Below, in pieces: positions 9,824 to 18,332 of a stretch of 64,000 nt of DNA. The notes below the pieces were generated by a model. The model made no database searches. It was not told the DNA's origin and was given only the letters and a program-made list of their open reading frames with translations. Numbering within the stretch: position 1 is the first letter of the stretch; every line of letters begins with the position of its first letter. The translations under genes were made by a program, and so were the position numbers. Source of the stretch: Candidatus Hermodarchaeota archaeon. GTDB taxonomy: Archaea > Asgardarchaeota > Hermodarchaeia > Hermodarchaeales > Hermodarchaeaceae. The stretch lies in the NCBI GenBank assembly GCA_016839805.1, contig JAEOTO010000022.1:1-64000 (forward strand). The letters run 5' to 3'.

Positions 9824-11335
9824 CTACTCGTATCCCATAGCTTCGCGGCGTCCTGCCAAGACCCAGGGGTTGGAACCATTCGTGTTTGATCGACGAATAG
9901 TGGGTAATTCGGGTCGCTGGGGTTGTAAGTCAATAAGAGTTGCCGTAATTGCTGCGAGTAGATCCGGTGTCAATTGAGACAAGGCTTTCTGTTCTTTTCG
10001 ATATTCGAAGTATTCGATGGCAGGTTGGGGGAATAAGATGTAGGCAATGACGTCCTCAATTTTTTGGGTAATTCCTTTTAGTTCCTGTCGTGCCTTGGGA
10101 ATGGCTGGTTCTAGTAAATCCGCTGGTCGGCAAGTGATTGGCCCCTCTTCGCCGATAACCAGTTTCTGGATCTTGGGGTCAATTGGGGCAGGAGGACGAC
10201 CATAGTGACCCCGAACATACTGTTTGACTTCTTCTGGGATGGTTTTGTATCGTTTTCCTAACAGGACATTAAGAGTGGCTTGTGTACCTACAATCTGACT
10301 GGAGGGTGTCACCAGAGGTGGATAACCGAGTTCTTTTCGTACTCGTGGAACTTCATCAAGAACATCTTGAAGACGGTCTAAAGCATTTTGTTCCCGAAGT
10401 TGGTTCACCAGATTTGACATCATTCCTCCAGGAACCTGAAATTGTAATACATTGGTATCAACGCCAACTAGACCACATTCATAAGCTTCGTAGCGTTCAC
10501 GGACATCCTGAATGTACTGGGCAATTTCTGATAAGAGATCAAGGTCGAGTTTAGAATCCCAGGGTGTTCCTTCTAAGACGGCTACCATTGATTCACAAGG
10601 AGGTTGTGAGGTAGACTGTGCTAGCGAGGAAATTGCGGTATCAACAACGTCCACTCCTGCCTGGATGGCTTCTAAGTAGGCCATACTAGCCATTCCCGAC
10701 GTATAATGTGAATGGAGTTGGATTGGAACCTGAATTTCTTCTTTCAGCTGAGTAACTAGTTCTCGGGCGATAAAAGGACTCAGAAGCCCTGCCATATCCT
10801 TGATACAAATGGAATCAGCTCCCAAATCCTCAAGGGTTTTAGCTTGTCCCACGAAGGTTTCTACGTTATGGACAGGACTGATGGTGTAACTAAAGCTCAT
10901 CTGGGCATGAGCTCCGGCTTTGTGAACCGCTTTAATTGCTGTTTCCATGTTTCGTGGATCGTTTAACGCATCAAAGATACGAAAGATATCAATTCCATTT
11001 TTAGCAGCTAACTCAACGAATTTCCGGACGGTATCATCTGGATAGTGTCGATAGCCAACTATGTTTTGTCCTCGCAACAACATCTGTAATTTGGTTTTCT
11101 TAATCGCCGCTCGAAGTTGGCGAAGGCGCTCCCAGGGATTTTCTTTAAGAAACCGGAGAGGTGCATCAAAAGTTGCGCCACCCCATACTTCCATGGAATG
11201 GAAGCCCACTTGGTCCATTTTCTCTGCAATGGGCAGCATATCCTCAGTTTTCATCCGTGTTGCGAGTAAGGATTGATGGGCATCACGAAATGTTGTGTCT
11301 GTAAATTTAATTGGTTTAGTTGCAGGTTTTGGCAC
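9824..11335 (-). CDS. Pyruvate/oxaloacetate carboxyltransferase (transcarboxylase 5S / OadA-like) without biotinyl domain
   Basis: RDAHQSLLATRM, WGGATFD, CIKDMAGL, HSH, QVPGGMMSN, GYPPLVTPSSQIVG. Confidence 0.92.
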   Translation of the reverse strand: MPKPATKPIKFTDTTFRDAHQSLLATRMKTEDMLPIAEKMDQVGFHSMEVWGGATFDAPLRFLKENPWERLRQLRAAIKKTKLQMLLRGQNIVGYRHYPDDTVRKFVELAAKNGIDIFRIFDALNDPRNMETAIKAVHKAGAHAQMSFSYTISPVHNVETFVGQAKTLEDLGADSICIKDMAGLLSPFIARELVTQLKEEIQVPIQLHSHYTSGMASMAYLEAIQAGVDVVDTAISSLAQSTSQPPCESMVAVLEGTPWDSKLDLDLLSEIAQYIQDVRERYEAYECGLVGVDTNVLQFQVPGGMMSNLVNQLREQNALDRLQDVLDEVPRVRKELGYPPLVTPSSQIVGTQATLNVLLGKRYKTIPEEVKQYVRGHYGRPPAPIDPKIQKLVIGEEGPITCRPADLLEPAIPKARQELKGITQKIEDVIAYILFPQPAIEYFEYRKEQKALSQLTPDLLAAITATLIDLQPQRPELPTIRRSNTNGSNPWVLAGRREAMGYE

Positions 11336-11470
11336 GCTAGTTACACCTCAATTTATACTTCTAATCTCGGGTAGGTGGTAATGTCAGGTAGCGGTTTTTA
11401 GGTCTTCTCCTTTCCTTTATTTGCACTATCGTATCATGGTTCTTTATCTGATAGATAATAATAGGCTTGT

Positions 11471-13030
11471 TTAAAGCGGACAATTGCCATGTTTCTTTTT
11501 GGGAAGCGATTGCCGTTTTGTACGCAGCATTTCAAAGGCTGCAATAAGGCGGGTTCTAGTTATTGCGGGCTCAATTACCTCGTCAATGAATCCACGCACG
11601 GCTCCTGAGTATGGATTAGCAAAGCGTTCACGATATTCCTGGATTTTCTTTGAGCGGGTTTCTTCAGGGTCCTTGGATTTCTCGATTTCTCGGCGAAAAA
11701 TTATGTTAGCTGCTCCCTCTGGACCCATAACTGCCATTTCAGTAGTAGGCCAGGCGTAGACAACATCAGCACGTAGATGCTTAGAACCAAGCACTACATA
11801 TGCACCACCAATGGCTTTCCGTGTGATCACTGTCACTTTGGGAACGGTAGCTTCAGCATACGCAAAAAGGATCTTCGCTCCATGGCGGATAATACCTCGA
11901 TGTTCCTGATCAACACCTGGAAGAAATCCAGGGACATCCATGAAGGTGAGAATAGGGATATTAAACGCATCACAGAAGCGAACAAACCGAGCACACTTAT
12001 CTGAGGCATCGATATCTAAGGTTCCCGCTAAGTAATTCGGTTGATTAGCAACAACTCCAATTGAGTGGCCGTTCAATCGGATAAAGCCCACCACCATATT
12101 TGGAGCGAAGTATTCATGCACTTCTAAAAACGCATTATTATCTGCAACACTTACGATTGCTTGTTTCATATCATAGGGTGTAGTCGGATCTTCAGGTAAG
12201 AGTTCATTTAACCTAGGATCTGTTCGCAAAGTGTCATCAGTAGACTCAACTAAAGGTGGATCTTCAATATTATTTGAAGGCAAATATGAAAGAAGGTTCC
12301 GAATTAGTTGTAGGCAATGCTCCTCGTTCTCAGCTGCAAATTGAGCGACTCCACTCTTCACGTTATGAGCCATGGCGCCACCTAGTTCCTCAAAAGAAAT
12401 TACCTCTCCTGTCACAGCTTTAATCACATTGGGACCTGTAATGAACATCCGGCTCGTATTTTTCACCATTAATGTAAAATCAGTTACAGCAGGACTGTAG
12501 ACAGCTCCACCAGCACAGGGACCCATAATCGCACTGATTTGGGGGATTACGCCCGAAGCGATTACATTGCGGTAGAAAATTTCCCCATAAGCACCCAAAC
12601 TGGCAACTCCTTCTTGAATTCGAGCACCACCCGAATCGTTCAAACCAATTACAGGAGCTCCAGCTTCCAAGGCTAAATCCATAATTTTCGTTACTTTTTC
12701 ACCGAACATCTCGCCAAGAGCTCCACCAAAGACGGTGAAATCCTGGCTAAAGATAAAAACGAGACGACCATCAATGGTTCCATATCCTGTGACGACGCCA
12801 TCACCTGGAATCTTCTGTTTGTCCATTTTAAACTCTGTACAACGGTGCTCGACTAGCGCATCAAATTCCATGAAACTCCCCGGATCTACCAGCTTGTCAA
12901 TCCGTTCCCTCGCCGTCATTTTCCCAGCTTTATGTTGGCGATTAATCCGTTCTTTGCCTCCACCGAGTTTAGCTTTCTCCAGGCGTTTTCTAAGCTCCTT
13001 GAGCTTCTTGTTCATGACTTCAGAAGGCAT
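11471..13030 (-). CDS. Methylmalonyl/propionyl-CoA carboxyltransferase (transcarboxylase 12S / PccB-like)
   Basis: GDGVVTG, QDFTVFGG, DSGGARIQEG, GPCAGGAVYSPA, DVPGFLPG, KKHGNCPL. Confidence 0.95.
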   Translation of the reverse strand: MPSEVMNKKLKELRKRLEKAKLGGGKERINRQHKAGKMTARERIDKLVDPGSFMEFDALVEHRCTEFKMDKQKIPGDGVVTGYGTIDGRLVFIFSQDFTVFGGALGEMFGEKVTKIMDLALEAGAPVIGLNDSGGARIQEGVASLGAYGEIFYRNVIASGVIPQISAIMGPCAGGAVYSPAVTDFTLMVKNTSRMFITGPNVIKAVTGEVISFEELGGAMAHNVKSGVAQFAAENEEHCLQLIRNLLSYLPSNNIEDPPLVESTDDTLRTDPRLNELLPEDPTTPYDMKQAIVSVADNNAFLEVHEYFAPNMVVGFIRLNGHSIGVVANQPNYLAGTLDIDASDKCARFVRFCDAFNIPILTFMDVPGFLPGVDQEHRGIIRHGAKILFAYAEATVPKVTVITRKAIGGAYVVLGSKHLRADVVYAWPTTEMAVMGPEGAANIIFRREIEKSKDPEETRSKKIQEYRERFANPYSGAVRGFIDEVIEPAITRTRLIAAFEMLRTKRQSLPKKKHGNCPL

Positions 13031-13197
13031 TCTACCGACACTCCATGCAAAACCTTATTTCAAACCCTACAAAGCTGTTGTCCCTACTGATCTTCACTCC
13101 TCTTAAACCCAATCGGTTGCGTAAATCCAGCGGCAATCAGAAATCACAAAGATTCTTAACCAGAATATCAGTCATAATCCGACCGAGGTAAGAAATC

Positions 13198-13782
13198 ATG
13201 TCCCAAACACTCATTGGACTCATGCAAGCCTTTATCGGCGAAAGCCAAGCCCGAAACCGATATAACATCTATGCGAAAATCGCCAAAAAAGAGGGCTTTG
13301 AACAAATCGCTGAAATTTTCAACGTTACCGCTGATAACGAACGAGTTCACGCCAAGAACTTCTGGCGGGCAGCCCAAACAGTGATGAAAGAAACAGGGAA
13401 ACCCATGCCTGAAATCACCGTCGACGCTCTTGCTCCCCTGAAGGTTGGCAAAACCATCGACAATCTCAAAGCCGCAATTGAAGGAGAAACCTACGAACAC
13501 ACCAAAATGTACCCCGACATCGCTAATACCGCAGAAAAAGAGGGATTCAAAGCTATCGCCGAACAAGTCCGTGCTATTGCCCAAGCCGAAGTCCACCACG
13601 CCACACGCTACACCGTCCTCCTCAAAGAAATCAAAGCTAAGACTGTTTTCAAGAAAAAGAACCCCACACAGTGGCTCTGTTTGGAGTGTGGTTACATTCA
13701 CGAAGGCGTTGAAGCCCCCGATCAATGTCCATCATGCTTCCATCCCCAAGCCTACTTCTCCGTCTTATGCGAGACCTACTAA
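13198..13782 (+). CDS. rbr: Rubrerythrin
   Basis: AFIGESQARNRY, NERVHA, GETYEHT, AEVHH diiron ligands; C-terminal CLECG...CPSC. Confidence 0.95.
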   Translation: MSQTLIGLMQAFIGESQARNRYNIYAKIAKKEGFEQIAEIFNVTADNERVHAKNFWRAAQTVMKETGKPMPEITVDALAPLKVGKTIDNLKAAIEGETYEHTKMYPDIANTAEKEGFKAIAEQVRAIAQAEVHHATRYTVLLKEIKAKTVFKKKNPTQWLCLECGYIHEGVEAPDQCPSCFHPQAYFSVLCETY

Positions 13783-13852
13783 AGCAGTTCAAAATCATAA
13801 TACCCAAACAATAATAACCCCAAACGAAACCACAAAAACCAGGTGACCTACC

Positions 13853-14017
13853 ATGGCACAAAAGTACGTCTGCACAGCGTGCGGATACATCTACGATCCC
13901 ACAGTCGGAGACCCCGATGGTGGCGTCGAACCCGGCACCGCATTCGAAAACATTCCCGACGACTGGGTCTGTCCCGTGTGCGGCGTAGGAAAGGATATGT
14001 TCGAGCCCACCGATTAG
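13853..14017 (+). CDS. Rubredoxin, 54 aa (not in ORF track)
   Basis: [54 protein letters not shown]; AGGTGA RBS. Confidence 0.97.
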   Translation: MAQKYVCTACGYIYDPTVGDPDGGVEPGTAFENIPDDWVCPVCGVGKDMFEPTD

Positions 14018-14032
14018 ATCTTTGAATGAATT

Positions 14033-14087
14033 TGGCGGGGGTAGGCCCCGAGTGTGGAGTGCCGAATCCGCCCTTTTCTTGTTTTTT
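14033..14087 (+). terminator. GC-rich hairpin followed by oligo-T downstream of rubredoxin
   Basis: GGCGG...CCGCC stem then CTTTTCTTGTTTTTT. Confidence 0.55.
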
Positions 14088-14145
14088 CACGAATGCGATT
14101 CTTTTTAGGGCTCTTTTCATCATTGTGGTATACGGTGATCTATTC

Positions 14146-14406
14146 ATGACAACAGTCGGTGAACCAGTAGTTCTACCCCGTAGTGAAACTGAAAAAATCT
14201 GGGTATCGGTATCGGAGTTTCGTGGATTCGCTGGACTCGATATCCGAATCTACTATAATGCCGGTGAAGTAGACTGGCGACCCACGAAAAAGGGTGTTCG
14301 CATCTCTTTGGAGCTAAAGGATCAGTTGATTGCCGCGATTGAAAAAGTTGTAGCCCAGTATGAGGCTGCTACAGAATCTGGCGACGCTGGCGAAGCTAAA
14401 GATTAG
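14146..14406 (+). CDS. PC4/p15 (YdbC-like) single-stranded DNA-binding protein
   Basis: SEFRG...LDIRIYY....WRPTKKGVRI; GGTGA RBS before ATG 14146. Confidence 0.85.
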   Translation: MTTVGEPVVLPRSETEKIWVSVSEFRGFAGLDIRIYYNAGEVDWRPTKKGVRISLELKDQLIAAIEKVVAQYEAATESGDAGEAKD

Positions 14407-14479
14407 AAAAAGGGAACCCGTTCACTTTGCAAAAGGGGTGGGAGCAGCTTATATGTCTCATTGATGAATTTCAGTCATC

Positions 14480-15751
14480 GTGATTATTTACCGCGCCTAT
14501 AAAACAGAGCTAAAACTGAATAATCGGCAGCGCGTAATTTGTAAAAAACATGCGGGCTGCGCTCGATTTGCTTATAATTGGGGGCTCAAACGAAAAATCG
14601 ATGTGTTTGTTAAAACAGGAAGCTCACCTAGTGCTATTGATTTGCACAAGGAACTCAACCGACTCAAACAAACCGAGTTTTCATGGATGTATGAGGTTTC
14701 CAAATGCGCACCTCAAGAGGCCTTAAATAATCTTGAAAATGCGTTTAAACAATTCTTCCGAAGAATCAAAAATGGACAACTATGTGCATTTCCACGATTC
14801 AAATCACGGAAAAAGCGAATTGGATCATTTAGATTAACGGGAGTCATTCGAGTATTCAATGATTCGATCCAACTACCCAGGTTGGGGCGACTGCGGTTAA
14901 AAGAACACGGATACCTACCTCCCGAATCAGATCATGTGCATATACTCTCTGCGACTATATCTGAGAAAGCAGGTCGTTGGTTCGTATCACTACAAGTGCA
15001 AGAGGAAATAAATCCGGTTAAGAATACAGGACCTATGGTGGGTGTAGATATCGGGATTCATCGGCTAGCTACTCTTTCAGATGGTACTTCTTTTAACAAC
15101 CGTCGTCCATTGGCGCGTTTTGAACGAAAACTGAAGCGGATTCAAAGGGCTCTTTCACGAAAACAAAAAAGAAGCCAGAATCGTTTGAAAACAAAACTTG
15201 CCCTGCAAAAGCTCCATGCCCGAATCGCAAATATTCGTCGGGATGCTATTCACCAGGTGACATCAAAGCTGACGAAATCCAAGTCAGTCATTGTCATCGA
15301 AGACCTATGTGTACAAGGAATGCGGAAGAATCAAACACTAGCCAAAGCAGTTTCTGATGTAGGTTTCGCTGAGTTTTGTCGTCAACTTGAATATAAAACT
15401 CAGTGGTATGGATCGCAATTAGTGTTGGCTCCTCGGTTCTTTCCATCTTCGAAACGCTGTTCACGATGTGGGTATGTCAAGACAGAACTTTCTTCAGGTC
15501 GTATCTATACGTGTGGACAGTGTGGTTTGGTTTTAGATCGAGATATTAATGCTAGCAAAAATTTGTTACTTGTCGCCGTGGGTTTCACGGAGACTATAAA
15601 CGCCTGTTATGAGACGGGAAGTGACAGCTCCTTGGAGCAGTGCTCGTCGATGATTCAGGAACCGAACAGTGAACTACCAGGTTCTCATAGGATTCGGAAA
15701 ACCGAACGCATTATAAGCTCAACGGTGTTAACTCCTGAGCGAGAACCATGA
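14480..15751 (+). CDS. tnpB: TnpB RNA-guided endonuclease (IS200/IS605/IS607-type OrfB)
   Basis: HTH AYKTELK...GCARFAYNWGL; RuvC VGVDIG / VIEDL / DRDINA all intact; CSRCG...CGQCG zinc finger; no tnpA nearby. Confidence 0.95.
   Translation: MIIYRAYKTELKLNNRQRVICKKHAGCARFAYNWGLKRKIDVFVKTGSSPSAIDLHKELNRLKQTEFSWMYEVSKCAPQEALNNLENAFKQFFRRIKNGQLCAFPRFKSRKKRIGSFRLTGVIRVFNDSIQLPRLGRLRLKEHGYLPPESDHVHILSATISEKAGRWFVSLQVQEEINPVKNTGPMVGVDIGIHRLATLSDGTSFNNRRPLARFERKLKRIQRALSRKQKRSQNRLKTKLALQKLHARIANIRRDAIHQVTSKLTKSKSVIVIEDLCVQGMRKNQTLAKAVSDVGFAEFCRQLEYKTQWYGSQLVLAPRFFPSSKRCSRCGYVKTELSSGRIYTCGQCGLVLDRDINASKNLLLVAVGFTETINACYETGSDSSLEQCSSMIQEPNSELPGSHRIRKTERIISSTVLTPEREP
15572..15720 (+). ncRNA. Putative TnpB omegaRNA (reRNA) scaffold plus guide, overlapping the tnpB 3' end
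   Basis: Nested stems CCGTG/CACGG, CCTG/CAGG, GACGGG/CTCGTC and GCTCC/GGAGC, then AGGAACCGAACA, as typical of tnpB right ends; boundaries approximate. Confidence 0.65.
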
Positions 15752-16023
15752 AGATTATCGATGACTGCCCTGGTGCTGCTCCATTAAAACGACCTACTAT
15801 TATCTTCAAGGCCTGTCCAAAATGCGGGGAAGAAGTTGAACTCTTTTCCAGCGATGTGAAGATGGATTGTGATAACTGTGGTTTTACCATCTACAATGAT
15901 ACGATGTCCTGTGTACAGTGGTGCGAGTATGCTAAAGGGTGTGTAGGTGAAGAGACCTACAATGATGTCATGGAAATGATCAAACGAAAGAAACAACAGG
16001 AGACGCAAGACACAACTGGGTAG
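15748..16023 (+). CDS. Small Cys-rich metal-binding protein
   Basis: CPG...CPKCGEEVELFSSD...CDNCG...SCVQWCEYAKGC (8 Cys). Confidence 0.8.
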   Translation: MKIIDDCPGAAPLKRPTIIFKACPKCGEEVELFSSDVKMDCDNCGFTIYNDTMSCVQWCEYAKGCVGEETYNDVMEMIKRKKQQETQDTTG

Positions 16024-16066
16024 CCATCGACAATACATCAACGGTTCGGAATATTTGGTGATTATC

Positions 16067-16444
16067 GTGACCGAATTATTACAAATCTACAAATGTAAAA
16101 CATGTGGGAATATCATCGAAGTGTTGCATAGTGGTACGGGATCGCTCGTTTGCTGCGGGGGGCCCATGCAGCTGATGGAAGAATTCACGGCAGACTTTAA
16201 GACCGAGAAGCATGTCCCCGTTGTCGAGGAGACCAAAGATGGCATTCATGTTGTAGTTGGCTCTACTCCTCATCCTATGGTCGATGAGCACTGGATTGAA
16301 TGGATCCAAGTCGTCAAGGACGGGACCATCATGCGTCAGTTCCTTGAACCCGGCCAAAAACCTGAAGCCGATTTCCCCATGAAAGGCAAGCCTGATTATG
16401 CACGTGAATACTGCAACATTCACCTGCTTTGGAAAACTAGCTAA
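16067..16444 (+). CDS. dfx: Desulfoferrodoxin (2Fe superoxide reductase)
   Basis: CKTCGN...CCG desulforedoxin domain; EKHVP, HPM, HWIEW, CNIH; GGTGA RBS before GTG 16067. Confidence 0.95.
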   Translation: MTELLQIYKCKTCGNIIEVLHSGTGSLVCCGGPMQLMEEFTADFKTEKHVPVVEETKDGIHVVVGSTPHPMVDEHWIEWIQVVKDGTIMRQFLEPGQKPEADFPMKGKPDYAREYCNIHLLWKTS

Positions 16445-16467
16445 AAACCTGATTTCGAAAATCGGTT

Positions 16468-16508
16468 GGTGGCTAGCTCTACGTGCTGGTCACCTGAACT
16501 CTTTTTTT
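16468..16508 (+). terminator. Hairpin plus oligo-T after dfx
   Basis: GGTGGCTAGC/GCTGGTCACC stem (with G-U pairs) followed by CTCTTTTTTT. Confidence 0.6.
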
Positions 16509-16902
16509 AATACGATTCAGTGACCACAGTTTCCTCTAGATCCACAACATTCCCACAATATGGACACTCGGCTCGTCTGGGGCCTACCCATTTAACTTCG
16601 TTGTATCTGAGAGGAGCATCACATTCGGGGCATTCAGCAGGAAGACTTTCACGAACAACTTGACGTTCATGATGCGAATCGACTGTTGCAGGGATGCTTG
16701 TTAGTGATATGCTTTTAGCAGTACTTCTCATTGACTTGCAAATCATGTAAAATGCAAAAATAAAGATACCAACAAAAATGACGATAAAGAGAATGAATAT
16801 AAAGCCAAAAGCACCAAAAATCATGTTGAGAAAGATATCAATGGCATCTATTTGTGCGGCTAAGGAGATTGGCAGTAATAGATGATATAATTGGAACATC
16901 AT
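16507..16902 (-). CDS. Membrane-anchored zinc-ribbon protein
   Basis: Long hydrophobic helix, then CPECDA...CPYCG. Confidence 0.75.
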   Translation of the reverse strand: MMFQLYHLLLPISLAAQIDAIDIFLNMIFGAFGFIFILFIVIFVGIFIFAFYMICKSMRSTAKSISLTSIPATVDSHHERQVVRESLPAECPECDAPLRYNEVKWVGPRRAECPYCGNVVDLEETVVTESY

Positions 16903-16951
16903 GGTTTGTCATTTTGTTCTGATGATTACATGCCTAAAAGAATTGTTGACG

Positions 16952-17782
16952 TTATTTATCTTCTCCAGTGTGCCTTGCGGAAATCACGTCACCAGTCCGA
17001 ATGAGTTGGCGACCTGATCCAGTCTCCAGAACAAGACTGCCATCAGGTTCAATATCCTTGGCGAGACCCTTTAATTGCCCATCCCCCAGTTCAATGACAA
17101 CATGTTTTCCCAGGGTCGTACAAAGAGGTCGATAATGGGGGCTAATCGCTTTGAAACCCTGATCACGTAACCGGATATACCAAAATTCTAATTGCCCAAT
17201 TAGATAGCTGAAAAGTCGTGGTAACTCAATGCGGTGTTGAAGGCACTCTTGAAGGGTTGTTGCTGTGGTCTGCAGTGGTTGAGGAAAATCAATCAAGGCC
17301 ATATTTGCATTGATTCCAATTCCTGCTACAATATATTCGATGTCATCGCCAATGAGGGTCGCTTCTGTTAGTATTCCTGCCACCTTCTTATTGGCGATGA
17401 GTACATCATTTGGCCATTTCAGGGATGGTTTGAGGCCTAAGGCGCTTTGGAGCACCATTGCCACGGCCAGTCCAGCAGTGAGAGTAATGAGGGGGGCATC
17501 ACTTGCTTTAATCGTCATTGGGCGAAGGAGGATCGAGAAGTAAAGGCCACCGACCGGTGAATGCCAAGGTCGGGTTAACCGGCCAATTCCGGCAGTCTGT
17601 GTATCTGCTAAGATGATGAGCCCTTCGCGTTCTCCTAGCGCGCCCCGGTCTTTAAGGTAGGCATTCGTTGAAGGCAACGATTCGAAATGTAACAGCCGTT
17701 TTAAAATAATTTGTGAAGTGTTTCTTAGAGCTTGTTGATAAGGATCATTTCGCGGTTCCAATGGGATAGGTGGCTGAGCCAT
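16952..17782 (-). CDS. birA: Biotin-protein ligase
   Basis: STN, QTAGIGR, LKWPNDVL, KKVAGILTE, GIGIN; no N-terminal HTH. Confidence 0.95.
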   Translation of the reverse strand: MAQPPIPLEPRNDPYQQALRNTSQIILKRLLHFESLPSTNAYLKDRGALGEREGLIILADTQTAGIGRLTRPWHSPVGGLYFSILLRPMTIKASDAPLITLTAGLAVAMVLQSALGLKPSLKWPNDVLIANKKVAGILTEATLIGDDIEYIVAGIGINANMALIDFPQPLQTTATTLQECLQHRIELPRLFSYLIGQLEFWYIRLRDQGFKAISPHYRPLCTTLGKHVVIELGDGQLKGLAKDIEPDGSLVLETGSGRQLIRTGDVISARHTGEDK

Positions 17783-17815
17783 CTTGCACACATCAACAGT
17801 ATCTAACAAGGCTTA

Positions 17816-18220
17816 TTAGGTTGATTTTGCTGGTTGACATAATTCGATGAGTACGCCGTTTGTGCTGCGGGGATGGATAAACGCAATCAGCATATTGCCC
17901 GCTCCGGGACGTGGTTTTTCATCAATCAATTGGTAACCAGCAGCTTTCATTATCTCAAGGGTATCTCTGATATCCTCAACTTCTAGAGCGATGTGATGAA
18001 TTCCTTCTCCTCGCTTCTCAATAAACTTGGCAACTACACCATCCGGGCTAGTCGACTCTAAGAGTTCGATACTCGATTCACCAATTGGAATATGAATGGT
18101 TTTCACTTTCTGGCTTTCAACAGTTTCTATGCTCGAAGGTTCCAGACCAAGAACTTTCTGGTATAACTTGAGTGCCGCATCTGCGTCTTTAACTGCAATA
18201 CCAATATGTGCAATTCGCAT
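17816..18220 (-). CDS. mce: Methylmalonyl-CoA epimerase
   Basis: HIGIAV, IELLE, GEGIHHIALEV, AFIHP, GVLIELCQ. Confidence 0.95.
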   Translation of the reverse strand: MRIAHIGIAVKDADAALKLYQKVLGLEPSSIETVESQKVKTIHIPIGESSIELLESTSPDGVVAKFIEKRGEGIHHIALEVEDIRDTLEIMKAAGYQLIDEKPRPGAGNMLIAFIHPRSTNGVLIELCQPAKST

Positions 18221-18332
18221 ACATCACACAACTCCAACTTCTCTTCTTGGGGGAGATTGAAAAGATTTCTGTTCTAATACTTATGTAAGCCACAAACGTT
18301 TTTATCTTCACTGAACGGCTTGGGCATTTAAT

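Noticed and set aside
14021-14075. Possible SECIS or pyrrolysine readthrough element after rubredoxin
   Set aside because: No in-frame UGA at Cys positions nearby, no complete SECIS core, and TAG readthrough adds only a few codons; better explained as a terminator
13843-14147. Arg-rich ORFs in the track (60 aa + and 99 aa -)
   Set aside because: Alternate frames of the real rubredoxin gene (13853-14017)
14461-14465. TTGAT as TnpB TAM/left end
   Set aside because: Only ~15 nt before the start codon, with no left-end hairpin; likely chance
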